From Mobula hypostoma (taxonomy: Eukaryota), in assembly GCF_963921235.1 (NCBI RefSeq), contig NC_086097.1, positions 84,694,001-84,758,000 of the forward strand: a DNA stretch of 64,000 nucleotides. Direction: 5' to 3'. The position numbers were made by a program, and so were the translations under genes. The notes below the pieces were generated by a model. The model was given only the letters and a program-made list of their open reading frames with translations. It ran no database searches and was not told the origin of the DNA. Shown here one piece after another: positions 39,768 through 52,494 of this stretch; positions within the stretch are counted from its first letter, which is position 1; each line of letters starts with the position of its first letter.

Positions 39768-41454
39768 TGACGCGAATCGCCTGGTTGTTATTCACTTGCG
39801 TCTGGAAACTGAATGCCTCAGCTAATTTGAATTTAAGATGTTATATACATAAAATTTTTGCATTGTCTGTTTTGTTTTTTTTGTATTGATTTAATAATAA
39901 CTGTAAAATGGGAGATCAGAGTGAATGTGAATGGATCTACTGATGGTATTGGAAATCCCTTACAATGTATGAAATATGATTTTTCTTTTGAAATTACCTT
40001 TTGAAGGTTTCAATAATGCAAAATGAGCTTTGAACTATTTCAGCAGGAAATTATAGCCATATGCTATCTTAGTTTTCCAGTGTTCGTACACTGCTTTCAA
40101 GCAGCAATGTCTATTGTTTCCTAGCAACCAGTGCTGCTGGCTCTCAATTAGAGCTTGGTCTAGATTTGTGAAAGATGCAGCTCCTTTTGAGCTGCTTCAT
40201 GTTGGGTTTCATTTTTGGAGCCCCAGGTACTAGGCCAAGTCTGTTCCCTGCATTCATGTAATTGTACCTGTAATTGCACATCCCTAGAGATTGCTTAGAT
40301 GCCTCTGGAGGAATTTTCACCTCCTAGATTAATAGATGGAACCCTAACTGGATTTTTTTTTCAACTAGGCAGATCCCCAAAGAAAATCACTGTTTCTTGT
40401 TGGGTATCCCCACAACAGTTTCTTCATCAGGAACGATAATACCCAAAACAGGCTTGTGCCAAGCTGGTAGCTTGTGAGTGAAGACTTTGCATTGTTATGA
40501 GAAGAGTTAACCTTCTGAAAGTTTCATGTGTCTTGCATATTACTGTCCCAAACAACCTTAGGTGCATGGTACTCGCTGGATTAATGCTATATAAGGTTTC
40601 TAGACCTGATAACTGCGCGGGTTTGGGTTCACCATTAAATGTAAACAGATTTCATGTCTCTTATAATCCAAGGTTTATCTTAACTGGCCTTCATTATCCT
40701 GAATGATAATCATACAACCCCACAGGAAAGTTTTGTCAGGATGCCAGCAGCTTGAATGTTTTATCTGCCATCCTTTGCATTACTCTTTGAAAGGAAAGCT
40801 GAACATGCACTTAATTGATGAAAACATCAGTAAGTGTACACTAATAAACATTGAATTGCAAAGTTCATTCTAAGCCTATATACATAAAATAATGATCTCG
40901 CTTTCTTTCCAAACTTTGGCGTTATTATGGAGCTTCAGTTTTCACAGTGTGAAGTATACAGCGTCTTCAAGCTGGCCCAGTTTCTCTGCTTGGCTGGCAA
41001 AAATGCAGTCTTTCTTCAGCTAAATAAAAATAGTCTGATAAAACAGCTTACCAAAAATAAGTTACATTATGAAGCATAATTCTAAGTTTTTTGTTAGGGT
41101 TAAGCCTTGTCAATTCATCATATTGCATTGTAGCCATATTACTCAACTCAATTATCTGAAATCTTACTGTGGTGGAAGCATGGGCATTGTTGTCTCAGTA
41201 GAAAAGAGCAGTGATGTAGTGCCGGGATGGGGGAAGAGAGGAGGTAATAACTGATGTAGCAAATAGGCAGCAAAGCCACAGCCGCAGGAACAGTGTAAAT
41301 GTTAAATGTAACTAAAATTGACTGTGTATGGTATGTATAGTTAAAATAAGATATTTGAAAGTTCACTAGTCAAGAATTGGGAAGATCTCCTCAGGTTATG
41401 AAGCAGGAGAAAAGGAAAAGGAGAAATGGATTTCCTTCCCTCTGTGTCTCTAAA

Positions 41455-41880
41455 GACAAAGTTGAGTTTATTGCTATAGCCACAACTGCATGAATGCACA
41501 GGTACGGTAGGAAACTTACTAGTCGCAGCATCTCAGCCACATAGCATCACAGGAAGAACATAAAGTGGAATGAATTATACAGTATTTTTTACAAGATAGA
41601 ACAATTAGAACAAAAAGAAGTCCATTTTAGTACTAGGTGATCAAAGTAGGCATAGTGTTGCTAAACTGTTTTGATTACAGTCATGCCATTTGGTCCAGGA
41701 ACGGAATGGTTGAAGGGCAATCGCTGTTCTTGAACCTGGTGGTGTGGGGCTTGGGCTTTTGTACCTCCTGTCTGATGGTTGCTGCAAAAAGATGGCATGG
41801 CTGAGTGGTGAGGGTCTTTGATGAAAGATGTTGCTTTCTTGAGGCAGTGCCTCCTGTGGATACCACTGATGGTGGGGGGG
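41455..41880 (-). mobile_element. Rex1/Babar-like LINE 3' end
   Basis: CLKKATSFIKDPHH and HTTRFKNS peptides on -. Confidence 0.7.
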
Positions 41881-43225
41881 GGGGGGGATGTTGGAATTAA
41901 CAAGCCCACAGGCTGTGGACGCTCAGTTACCGAGTCTATTCAAGACCAAGATCGATTTTGTTTTTGGACTCGAAGTCAGAAACTTGGTGGGAAAGTAAAT
42001 TTGAAATGAAGTATAAACTATGAGATTAAAATGTGGTGCAAGCTCAAGGAGCTATAATGGTATAGTCCTTGTAATCTTATTTAATTTTAAGTTTTGAATA
42101 TCTAAGTTTCCTTTTGCCAAATGCTTGGTGAGCAAAATTAAATACACTTCAGGGAATTGAACACCATTTTAACGAACAGTCAGAAAATGATCTTGGAAAA
42201 GATTTTAGGTGTTATGCACTTTTTTTTAAACCAATTTAGAAATTAACTCTATTATGCAGTTCCCATTCATTATTCTCCTGTATATTCCTGCCATCTCTTA
42301 CCCATGTAATACAGAACACTCTTTGTGCTCCAGCATACCTCGTACACCAACTTGCAAAAAACTGATGAGATGAGAAAAAGCATTATGAACATCATATTCA
42401 GTCACATAATCTTGCTCCAGGATCTGCTTATTTTCATAACTAAAATTCATAGTGCTAAGATTTCTGTAATTTCTTCAATATTCCATTGGTAATCAAATTA
42501 AAAAAAAAAACAAGCTGCAGAGTTGAATCAGATATATAGTGATTCAATACAGATGAATTCCATTTTGCGAAAAATGTTTTGAACAGCATCAAATTGGGGA
42601 AAGGACCCTTGAACAAAAACTGAAGCTTTAGGAGAAAATAGTCATAGTGAGAAGGAACACATGCACAATGCTGGAGGATCTCAGCGGCCCAGGCAGCATC
42701 TGTGGAAAAGAGTAAACAGTTGATGTTTCGGGCCGAGACTCAGTGTCTGCTTGGGTTCCTCCAGCTTTTGGTGTGTCTTGCTTTGATTTCCAGCATCTGC
42801 AGATTTTCCCTTGATAGTGAGAAGGAAGTGCTTTTATTTCAATGTCCTAATCAAAACATACCAGTTCCTATGGTAACACCAAGGCTGCCCAAGCTGAAGA
42901 ACATTTTTATCGGCCAATCAAGAGCAGCAATGTAATGCCATTAGCATTAGGACCTCATGGAATTTGGAGTGAAACTGGGTGATAGATGCAAATATCATAT
43001 GGCAGTAAGTGCAATGGCAAGAAGACAGAAGTGGACCTAAGAGGACTGCAGGTGCACTGGGCAGACCCATTCCAGAAGCCAGATGTGCCTGCAGACTACA
43101 TAATGTGTTGGTGTTCTTGAGTCTACTGTTAGGATGGATTGGTAACAGCATCTCCTCCTCGCTAATAATCAACATAATTGCATCTTAAGGATGTGTGCTT
43201 ACTCTCTACATTCGTGACTGTCTAG

Positions 43226-44198
43226 TGTGATGGGATCCTGAATTACCCCTATGAACTGTGCTTTTGAAAAGAGAGAGAGGTATTTAACACCAACATGTTT
43301 TGAAAAGAGAGAGAAAGCGAGAGAGAGAGATGAAGACTAACTTTTGGACTGTCACTTTAAGGCACGAGAAAGAACTGACTAACTTTTGGATTTCTGCTGA
43401 GTTCGGAGCTCGTAAGTCACTATGGTGACCGAGGGCGGCGTTATTTGATGGACAATCGATCTTATGATTTTTCGGCAGCGTGTTTATACTTCTCAAGGAC
43501 ACTTGCCTGCTCGTACATTTCTTACACAGACAAAGAAAGGAGGAATTATGTGACTGACAGTTGGTACTCAGTACAGTGAGATAAATAGGAGGTCAGATGA
43601 TACAGACCTCAGACACGTTTGTGGACACTGAATGAGCTTTGTTGTGCCCACAGAAAAAGTGGGTTTTTGGAGGATCGATCAGTGGCTCTTGCAGTGAAAA
43701 GAAAAGGCAGTGACCAGTGGGGAGTTGTTCATGTGTCCACCCTTGTCTGGGTTGTTAGCTCCACCACAGAAAACCGGTCCCCTTTGTTGTGGTCACAGTT
43801 GGTGACTTTTAAAGGATTTCGGAGGACAACGAGAGGATCGACGGGGTCAGCTCACCTGAAGACTCAAATCTATCTATCTATCTCTCTCCGTCCCCCCTCT
43901 CCCCCCCTCTCTCCCCGCCCTCAACTCAATACCACGAACTGAACTGAACTTTACTCATCATCGTAAGACTTTTTTTTTTACCCCTAGACTTGAAGCAGCT
44001 TGGTTTTTCATATATATTTCCACACTTACTGATTTACTTACTTATATATATAATCATTGCTAACCTGTTTGATTTATCTACATTTATATTACTGTATTGC
44101 GTAGTTACTAATAAATATTATTGCTTAATAGCAATACTGGACTCCAAAGTGTTTTCCATCTCTGCTAGTTCTTTATTCCCATCACGGGGTACGTGACA
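43226..44198 (+). mobile_element. Solo LTR
   Basis: TGT..ACA ends, 4-bp TSD ctag (43222-43225 and 44199-44202), TATA-like gataaata at ~43580, AATAAA at 44110, no ORF. Confidence 0.8.
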
Positions 44199-45507
44199 CT
44201 AGGCAAAGGAGAAATGTGATCTATAAATTCGCGGGTGGCAGCACTGTGTTGGTAAAATCTCAGACGGTAATGAGGAGGAGTACAGAGCTGACACATGTAG
44301 CCCCCTGGTAAGCCTCAGGCTCGCTCAGCTCACTTTTGTCTAGGGGGAGCAGCCTTCAGCCCTGCCATACTGGGTAATCAAGTTTGTGTAGATGCTGTGT
44401 GATGTATCCCACCCCGCCAAATAACAGACAATACACCGTATACGATTTACAGAATGCAATTTATAGATCTTACTGGAACTAAGTAATTAATAGAGATGCA
44501 ATACAAAAGGAAAAGTAAAAGGCGCCAAACTTATCAGAGTTCAACCACTTCGTGCACAACCGTTGGAGCTCAGTTATCGGGGTCCTCTTTCTACCATGTG
44601 ATCTCCAACCTCCTCGACCCTCTGCCTGGGACCAACCACAGTGGTCGACCAGATGCTCCACACGAGTCTGTCCTCGTCTCGTCTCCTTGCCGAAGACCCT
44701 GGGCCTCGGAGTCCCGCACAGGGTCCGTTCCGTCGCCCAGCTTACAGCATCGTGACTCCTCTCTCTGTCCCCATTGCGCCTTCTCCCCCAAAGCCCGCAA
44801 AACAATAGCTTACAGACACACAAGAAAGAATAACAATTATTCCAATTGGTTAGCAAATGAATCCAGTTCTCGTTATCAGTAATTATAACCCAAAACAAGC
44901 TGCTAGAGAGAACCACTGTCTCAGCAGTTAACATCACAGAGAAGCCATTTTATTTTAACATAACAAAGAAGCTATTTTATTCACCTTAGCAGTAACATAA
45001 AAGAAGAAACCCCTTACACTCTCCCCCCACCAAATTTAGTCATGTTCTCATAACTTCTAAATAACTTGCCGACCCTTCCTGCAGACACAAAAATCCAATC
45101 CAGGTACAAACAGTGACATTGCTCCCAAATGGTGGTCCTTACGCCCTGTTCTTCAGGCGCTACATAGGCCAACCTATCTGGGAGTTTCCTAATCCTCCGA
45201 GACCTCTGTACCCCCTCACCTAAACCCTTCAGGCTCGGACACTACTAGGGATACCTCGGGCCTGCTTGCCAAATCCTCTCTCAATCTCTTACTCGTGCCC
45301 CCACTGCAACTCGGAACCCCTTGTCCCGTGTCCAGGGCCCTGCTTCTTTTCCTTAAGGGTCCTGCTGTAACCCAGACTGCCCACAGATAACCCTCCTCAC
45401 TACCCCTAACTCAGTGGGGGAAGGGCCAAAAGTCTCTTCATCTAACAAGGGGAAGTTAGCGAAAGGCACATCCAGCACTCATCCTTCGAATCTGTATTCT
45501 TTCCCAT

Positions 45508-45957
45508 TTCCTCGATTGGTAGCTGCTGTTTGATTTTCTCCCAACTGAAGCACTTAGTCTGGGCTGCCTGGGCAGCCTCCTGCAATCGAGACGTCAGTTT
45601 CTTCTCTGACTCCTCTGCCTCCAGCCGCAGTCGCAGCAGTTCGGACACACGCTTCGTGTTCATCTCCATCTGGAATGCAATTACACCACCAGCTTCTTCC
45701 AATCTGTTCTGGATCGATTTCTTGAGTTTCTGCTGATCCTTTCGAAGGTTGGTCATTGTTCCGTCTCTCTGGATTAATTCATCAGTAAATGACCTCCATT
45801 TCGGCGCGGAATTCCGTTTCCCCGTCTCCACTTTGACAAGCGTGGACTCCAATTCTTCAGTGGTTGTCCCGAAATTGCAGCACTCAGTCTCCAGCCTGCA
45901 TTTCTGAGCATTCAGTTCAGCGATGCAAATTTCCTCTCTCAGGAGTTGCGTTCTTCT
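45508..45957 (-). pseudogene. Captured sarcomeric myosin heavy-chain rod fragments inside Gypsy pol
   Basis: ELNAQKCRLETEC..ELESTLVKVE, RLEEAGGVIAFQMEMNTKR and KKLTSRLQEA..KCFSWEKIKQQL match three separate myosin II rod segments recalled from memory. Confidence 0.85.
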
Positions 45958-47810
45958 CTAGACCTGGCACTCGTCCAAAGAAAGTTTTACTTCGTTAATC
46001 CCTAGTCGACTGGGATCCGTCACTCGCCTCACTTCATAGTCTTCCAAGGCGAATCCCAATGCTAGGAGATCATCCAAATACACCAAAGCTCCAAACACCT
46101 CCACATCCCCCATGGTCTTCCCCATGTCCCACGGGAAGGTTGCAAGGGCTCCGGATATGTCCTGTGGCATCTTTTCAGACCATAAGAATCCTAGGGGATT
46201 TATAATGGCCGTCTCCTCCTTGTCAGCCTCACTCATCGGGATCTGGCAACATCCACTCCTCAGATCCAGCACATTAAACCATGTCGCACCACACAAACAG
46301 ACCATCGCGTCTTCGGCCCTGAGGACCGTATTCTGGTTACTGACAGTGCGCCTGTTCAGAGTCCTATAATCCACTCACATGCTGCCTATGTCTTCCAAGT
46401 CTGCAGAGGCCAGTCACCGCGACCTCTCTCTCACCGAGGTGTCTTCAGCGGTCAACTCCCCTCCCTCGTGGTATTTTGGAGCGTCTACTAAGAGGGTCTC
46501 ACCCTCAGATACTTCCCCCGGGCCGTACTGCCAGTGGCTCTCGTTCAAATTCGGTACAGGCCCAATGTTACTACACACGTCCTCACAAGCAACTCGAAAC
46601 ACTGGGTGCACAGACAATACCCCCAAACAGCTCTCACCCGCCTCCTCATCAGCGGGGTGTTGGTCCCCTCCTGAATCGAAACACTGCCCGTCGCACCAGG
46701 GTCCGGACACATCAGCGTTAACGATTCACGACCCTCTGACACCCACACATTGGCCTCCAAGAATTCCAGTGTCACTGACCAATAACCGTCGTCTGGATAA
46801 TCACTGGCACTGGTACCCCAAATCTCCAGTGCCCTTAATGTTGTCAAGGGTAAATGCTTCAGAAACCAGTTGTAAAACGAACTGTACAACAACTTGACCT
46901 GCGCCCCGGTGTCAAGGATGGCGTTAGCATAGCTTCCACCTATCCGTAACGACACCCGAGGGTGTGGTCCCTCTAAGCTTTCAGGAATAGGGTCTGTTCC
47001 TTTTGGGAGTTCCTTGGTACATTGCTGGGAATGTGCTCTCCCAGAGACCCCAAGCCGTTCCCCCACTGAGCCTCCACTAAGTTTCCCGACACCTCTCTGA
47101 TCAGCTGAACAACTGAGAGAGGGGCTGATCCCCTTAAATGATCGATGGCACTGCAAGCAATTTAGCTGCCCCCCCCCCAGCCAGAGAAGATGCACTGAAA
47201 GCTTTTCCCCAAACTCCTGACACAGGTAAGGAAAGCCCCCCAGGTGCTGCACTTTACTTCCGGTCGAACCAGACGTATTTTCCCCCGCTTTCAGGTGACT
47301 GGCAGCTGTCACTACGGGCTAATTGACCCTGACAGTTCTAACACCGTCACCAGCCCGCCTACTCAAACTTTCAACCTATCCCTGCCGCTCTCCCTCAACC
47401 GAGCACTGCTACTCATCTAACAACTGAGAGATCTGCTCCGCCCACCTCTCGTACGCCTCCGCCCCTTTAGGGGTGGACATTATCCCAAAAACCAGGTGGA
47501 GCCTGCCATAGCTACAACATTTATTCACAGACACTACCTCCGAATCAGACCACTCTTTCCTCTCTCTCCTAATAGTGTGGCCAGCCAATGGTCCCGCATC
47601 ACCTGGGGCACCAATAGACACTGGCAGCCCCACCACCATTTCGTCAGCGCTAGTCTGAACTCGAACAAAGACCTCCGGGGTACCAACAGCCACCCCACGC
47701 AACACGCATGCAGTAATAACCAGCAATCCCACAGAGGCACACCAGCTTTCCATCCCAGCAGCATGCATAATTTAAAGAGGGCAATCACACAGCTTCCTAC
47801 AAAAATCCAT

Positions 47811-47828
47811 ATCCTGGATGAGCCCCAA
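47811..47828 (-). other. Primer-binding site, tRNA-Pro-like
   Basis: ttggggctcatccaggat vs PBS-Pro tgggggctcgtccgggat (15/18; two mismatches are CpG-type), 3 nt inside the 5' LTR boundary. Confidence 0.75.
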
Positions 47829-48085
47829 CAATGTAACCCCCGGTAAGCCTCAGGTTCGCTCACCTCGCTGTTGCCTAGGGGTAGCAGCCTTCGGCCCTGC
47901 CAAACTGGGTAATCAAGTTTGTGTAGATGCTGTGTGATGTACCCCATCCTGCCAAATAAAAGACAGTATACCATATGCGATTTACAGAATACAATTTATA
48001 GATCTTACTGGAACTATGTAATTAATAGAGATACAATACCAAAGGAAAAGTAAAAGGCGCCAAACTTATCAGAGTTCAACCACTT

Positions 48086-50038
48086 TTGTTAGGCACACCT
48101 GAGGACTGGGAGAAATTCAGAGACCAGCAGAGGAGGACAAAGGGCTTAATTAAGAAAAGGAAAAAAGATTATGAGAGAAAGCTGGCAGGGAACATAAAAA
48201 CTGACTGTAAAAGCTTTTATAGATATGTGAAAAGAAAAAGCTTGGTTAAGACAAATGTAGGTCCCTTACAGTCAGAAAAAGGTGAATTGAACAAGGACAT
48301 GGCAGACCAATTGAATAACTACTTTGGTTCTGTCTTCACTAAGGAGGACATAAATAATCTTCTGGAAATAGGGGACCGAGGGTCTAGTGAGATGGAGGAA
48401 CTGAGGGAAATACATGTTAGTAGGGAAGTGATGTTAGGTAAATTGAAGGGATTAAAGGCAGATAAATCCCCAGGGCCAGATGGTCTGCATCCCAGAGTGC
48501 TTAAGGAAGTAGCCCAAGAAATAGTGGATGCACTAGTGATAATTTTTCAAAACTCTTTAGATTCTGGATTAGTTCCTGAGGATTGGAGGGTGGCTAATGT
48601 AACCCTGCTTTTTAAAAAAGGAGGGAGAGAGAAACCGGGGAATTATAGACCGGTTAGCCTAACATCGGTGGTGGGGAAACTGCTGGAGTCAGTTATCAAA
48701 GATGTGATAACAGCACATTTGGAAAGTGGTGAAATCATCGGACAAAGTCAGCATGGATTTGTGAAAGGAAAATCATGTCTGACGAATCTCATAGAATTTT
48801 TTGAGGATGTAACTAGTAGAGTGGATAGGGAGAACCAGTGGAAGTGGTGTATTTGGATTTTCATAAGGCTTTTGACAAGGTCCCACACAGGAGATTAGTG
48901 TGCAAACTTAAAGCACATGGTATTGGGGGTATAGTATCGATGTGGATAGAGAATTGGTTGGCAGACAGGAAGCAAAGAGTGGGAATAAATGGGACCTTTT
49001 CAGAATGGCAGGCAGTGACTAGTAGGGTACCGCAAGGCTCAGTGCTGGGACCCCAGTTGTTTACAATATATACTAATGACCTAGATGAGGGAATTAAATG
49101 CAGCATCTTCAAGTTTGCGGATGACACGAAGCTGGGCGGCAGTGTTAGCTATGAGGAGGATGCTAAGAGGATGCAGGGTGACTTGAATAGGTTAGGTGAG
49201 TGGGAAAATTCATGGCAGATGCAATTTAATGTGGATAAATGTGAGGTTATCCACTTTGGTGGCAAGAACAGGAAAACAGATTATTATCTGAACGGTGGCC
49301 GATTAGGAAAAGGGGAGTGCAACAAGACCTGGGTGTCATTGTACAACAGTCATTGAAAGTGGGCATGCAGGTACAGCAGGTGGTGAAAAAGGCGAATGGT
49401 ATGCTGGCATTCATAGCAAGGGGATTCGAGTACAGGAGCAGGAAGGCTCTACTGGAGTTGTATAGGGCCTTGGTGGGACCACACCTGGAGTATTGTGTTC
49501 AGTTTTGGTCCCCTAATCTGAGGAAAGACATTCTTGCCATAGAGGGAGTACAAAGAAGATTCACTAGATTGATTCCTGGGATGGCAGGACTTTCATAAGA
49601 TGAAAGTCTGGATGATCTAGGCTTATACTCATTGAAATTTAGAAGATTGAGGGGGGATCTTGTTGAAACGTATAAAATCCTAAAGGGATTGGACAGGCTA
49701 GAAGCAGGAAGATTGTTCCCGATGTTGAGGAAGTCCAGAACGAGGGGTCACAGTTTAAGGATAAAGGGGAAGCCTTTCAGGTCTGAGATGAGGAAAAACT
49801 TCTTCACACAGAGAGTGGTGAATCTGTGGAATTCTGTGCCACAGGAAACAGTTGAGGCCAGTTCATTAGCTATATTTAAGAGGGAGTTAGATATGGCCCT
49901 GGTGGCTAAAGGGATCGGGGTTATGGAGAGAAGGCAGGTACAGGGTTCTGAGTTGATGATCAGCCATGATCATACTGAATGGCGGTGCAGGCTCGAAGGG
50001 CCGAATGGCCTACTCCTGCACCTATTTTCTATGTTTCT
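48086..50038 (+). mobile_element. CR1 LINE ORF2 (RT), 5'-truncated, inserted in the Gypsy 5' LTR
   Basis: KSPGPDGLHPRVLKE, DFHKAFDKV, PQGSVLGP, FADDTK; tail tttctatgtttct; LTR sequence resumes with duplicated actt. Confidence 0.95.
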
Positions 50039-50682
50039 ACTTCGTGCACAACCGTTGGAGCTCAATTAACGGGGTCATCTTTCCAGCATGCGATCTCCTC
50101 CGATCTCCTCGACCCGCCGCCTGGGACCAACCAAGGTGGTTGACCAGACGCTCCACACAAGTCTGTCCTCGTCTCTTTTCCTCACCGAAGACCCTGGGCC
50201 TCGGACTCCCGCTCAGGGTCTGTTCCGTCGCCCAGTTTACAGCATCGCATCTCCTCTCTCTGTCACCATTGCACCTTCTGCCCCAAAGCCTGCGAAAACA
50301 ATAGCTTACAGACACACAAGAAAGAAAAACATCAATCCCAATTGGTTAGCAAATGAATACAATTCTCGTTATCAGTAATTATAACCCAAAACAAGCTTCT
50401 CAGCAGTTAGCATCACAGAGAAGCCATTTTATTTTAACATAACAAAGAAGTCATTTTATCCACCTTAGCAGTAACATAAAAGAAGAAACCCCTTACACGT
50501 AGATCAACTGGTTGAACGATGTTGGAACAACAGATTGTGGACTTCGGGAATGGGAAGTCTGGAAAATGCACATCAGTCCTCATTGAGGGAGGTCAGCAAT
50601 GGAAAGGGTTAACAGCTTTAAATTCCTGGGTGTCAACATGTCAACAACTAGGAGGACCTTCCTTGCTCCCAAAATATTTATG

Positions 50683-50958
50683 CAGTGGGGTATCACGGTA
50701 GCGTACCACTAGCGTGACGTTATTACGGTTTGGTGCGTTCAGAGCACAACAGCAGAGCTGTCTGTAATAAGTTTGTACATTCTCCCTGTGAACTACAGAC
50801 GAGTGCCCTGGTTTCCTCACACATTCCAAAGACATACCAGTTAGTAGGTAACTGGTCATTGCAAATTGTCCTGTGATTAGTCAAGTGTTAAACAGGTAGA
50901 TTGTTGTGCGGTGTGGCTTGTAGGGCCAGAAGGGCATATTCTGCGCTGTATCTCTAAA
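50683..50958 (+). mobile_element. V-SINE (HE1-like)
   Basis: tRNA-like head cacggtagcgta; V-domain-like agtttgtacattctccctgtg..tttcctcacacattccaaagac; CR1-like tail gggccagaagggc..ctgtatctctaaa. Confidence 0.7.
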
Positions 50959-52179
50959 CATGTTTCTAAATCACGAAGCAGGCACACCAGCAGCTCCAAT
51001 TCATTAAGAGTTTTGAGGTATGTCACCATCAGCTGTTAGAAGAGGCTGCAAAGGGTTGTAGACTCAGCCAGTTCTATTATGGGCACAACCCTCCCTACCA
51101 TCGAAGATATTTACAAGAAGCAGTGCCTTCAGAAGGCAGTATCCATCACTAACGACCATCACCATCGTGAGCTTGCTCTCTTGTTAGTTCCATCAGGGAG
51201 GTGGTAGAGGAGCCTGAAGACCCACACCCAATTATTCAGAAACTGCTTTTTCCCTTCTGCCATCAGATTCCGGATCAGTGCGTGACCACTACCTCATTAT
51301 TCCTTTTTAGCATTAAGCTTATTTTGTAATTTATTGTAATTTTATGTCTTTGCACTGTACTGCTGCCACAAAGCAACAAATTTCATGTCACATGAGACAA
51401 TGATAATAAAACCTGATGCTGATTGTTCGAATGAACTGTTGTCATACCATGCCAAGGCAAGAATGCCTTTCAATTAAGCACGGAGAACTAACCATAAAAA
51501 GACCTCCAGATTGTATGTAAGATTTGCCTTATGCATATAACATTTGCCATCTAAAGTTCTTTCTTTATCTAAATGGCTATTAAAACACTGTACACAGCCT
51601 TCCAAATAGCCGCATTTCATAGCTTTTGCTATTTTTGAAGAAGTATTTTTCCCATTCTTCCTGCCTCGCTTTTTTTCCTCCAGATTTCGTTTACTGTCAT
51701 ATTTATTGCTCATTAACCTTTTCAATCTGTCTCCTAACTGATTATTTTTCCAGTCATATACTGTTAACAAGAGTAAAACATTTTACTCAACAGTCATTAA
51801 TGTATGATAGAAATAATTATGCAAAATAATGATTCATATAGCACTCTAAATATAACAGCCTGTGGAGCTGAAAATTCTATTTTTTATGACAGTTGGCTAT
51901 CATTTAGCACACATCTACTAGTCTGATAGTTTGTCAGCCTTATGATCACTTATCGTGTAATACCTTGACAATGTCTTTAATAATCTTGTACTATATCCAG
52001 TGCTTTTTTTTCTACCCTCCTCGTAATACTAAAGTAACGTTAGGTTTGTCAAAATCTATTACAGTTTCATGAAAATATTCTGACACTGCTTAATTGTAAT
52101 GTGGGATTATCTAAGTATCTGGTACTAACTTAATAACAGATTCAAGTAAAAGTCAGTAAAAATATCATATTGGCAGTAT

Positions 52180-52494
52180 GTAGATAAAGGCATCTGTTAG
52201 TCTTGCGAGACCATGGATCTGCGCCTGGAAAGTCTTCACTCTCCAGGGCGAAGGCCTGGGCAAGGTTGTATGGAAGACCAGCAGTTGCCCATGCTGCAAG
52301 TCTCCCCTTTCCACGACACCAATGTTGTCCAAGGGAAGGGCATTAGGACCCATACAGCTTGGCACCAGTGTCATTGCAGAGCAATGTGTGATTAAGTGCC
52401 TTGCTCAAGGACACAACACATTGCCTCAGCTGGGGCTCGAACTCATGACCTTCAGGTCGCTAGTCCAATGCCGTAACCAATTGGCCACGTGCCC
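52180..52494 (-). mobile_element. tRNA-derived SINE with TSD
   Basis: Box A gtggccaattgg, box B gagttcgagcc, gtgtccttgagcaaggcacttaa core; 11-bp TSD attggcagtat at 52169-52179 and 52495-52505. Confidence 0.88.

Larger units (their letters stand above)
44296..50497 (-). mobile_element. Gypsy LTR retrotransposon, internally deleted, carrying captured myosin-like sequence
   Basis: LTRs 44296-45018 and 47832-50497 (the latter split by CR1); PPT ggtggggggagag at 45019-45031; tRNA-Pro-like PBS 47811-47828; gag, protease [28 protein letters not shown]. Confidence 0.93.
43085..51420 (+). mobile_element. Decayed Rex1/Babar LINE in pieces (43085-43225, 44199-44295, 50498-51420) split by LTR elements and a SINE
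   Basis: RT motifs continue across the insertions: GCVL..SLH, IYKFA..KISDGNEEEYR, DQLVE..IVDF, FKFLGV. Confidence 0.7.

Noticed and set aside
39768..41350. COX16 3' UTR, polyA site (AATAAA at 40843) and possible conserved non-coding elements
   Set aside because: Several candidate signals; cannot be resolved without transcript or alignment data
45442..45852. Independent host myosin gene exon
   Set aside because: Lies between Gypsy LTRs, lacks splice context and joins non-adjacent rod segments, so treated as captured sequence
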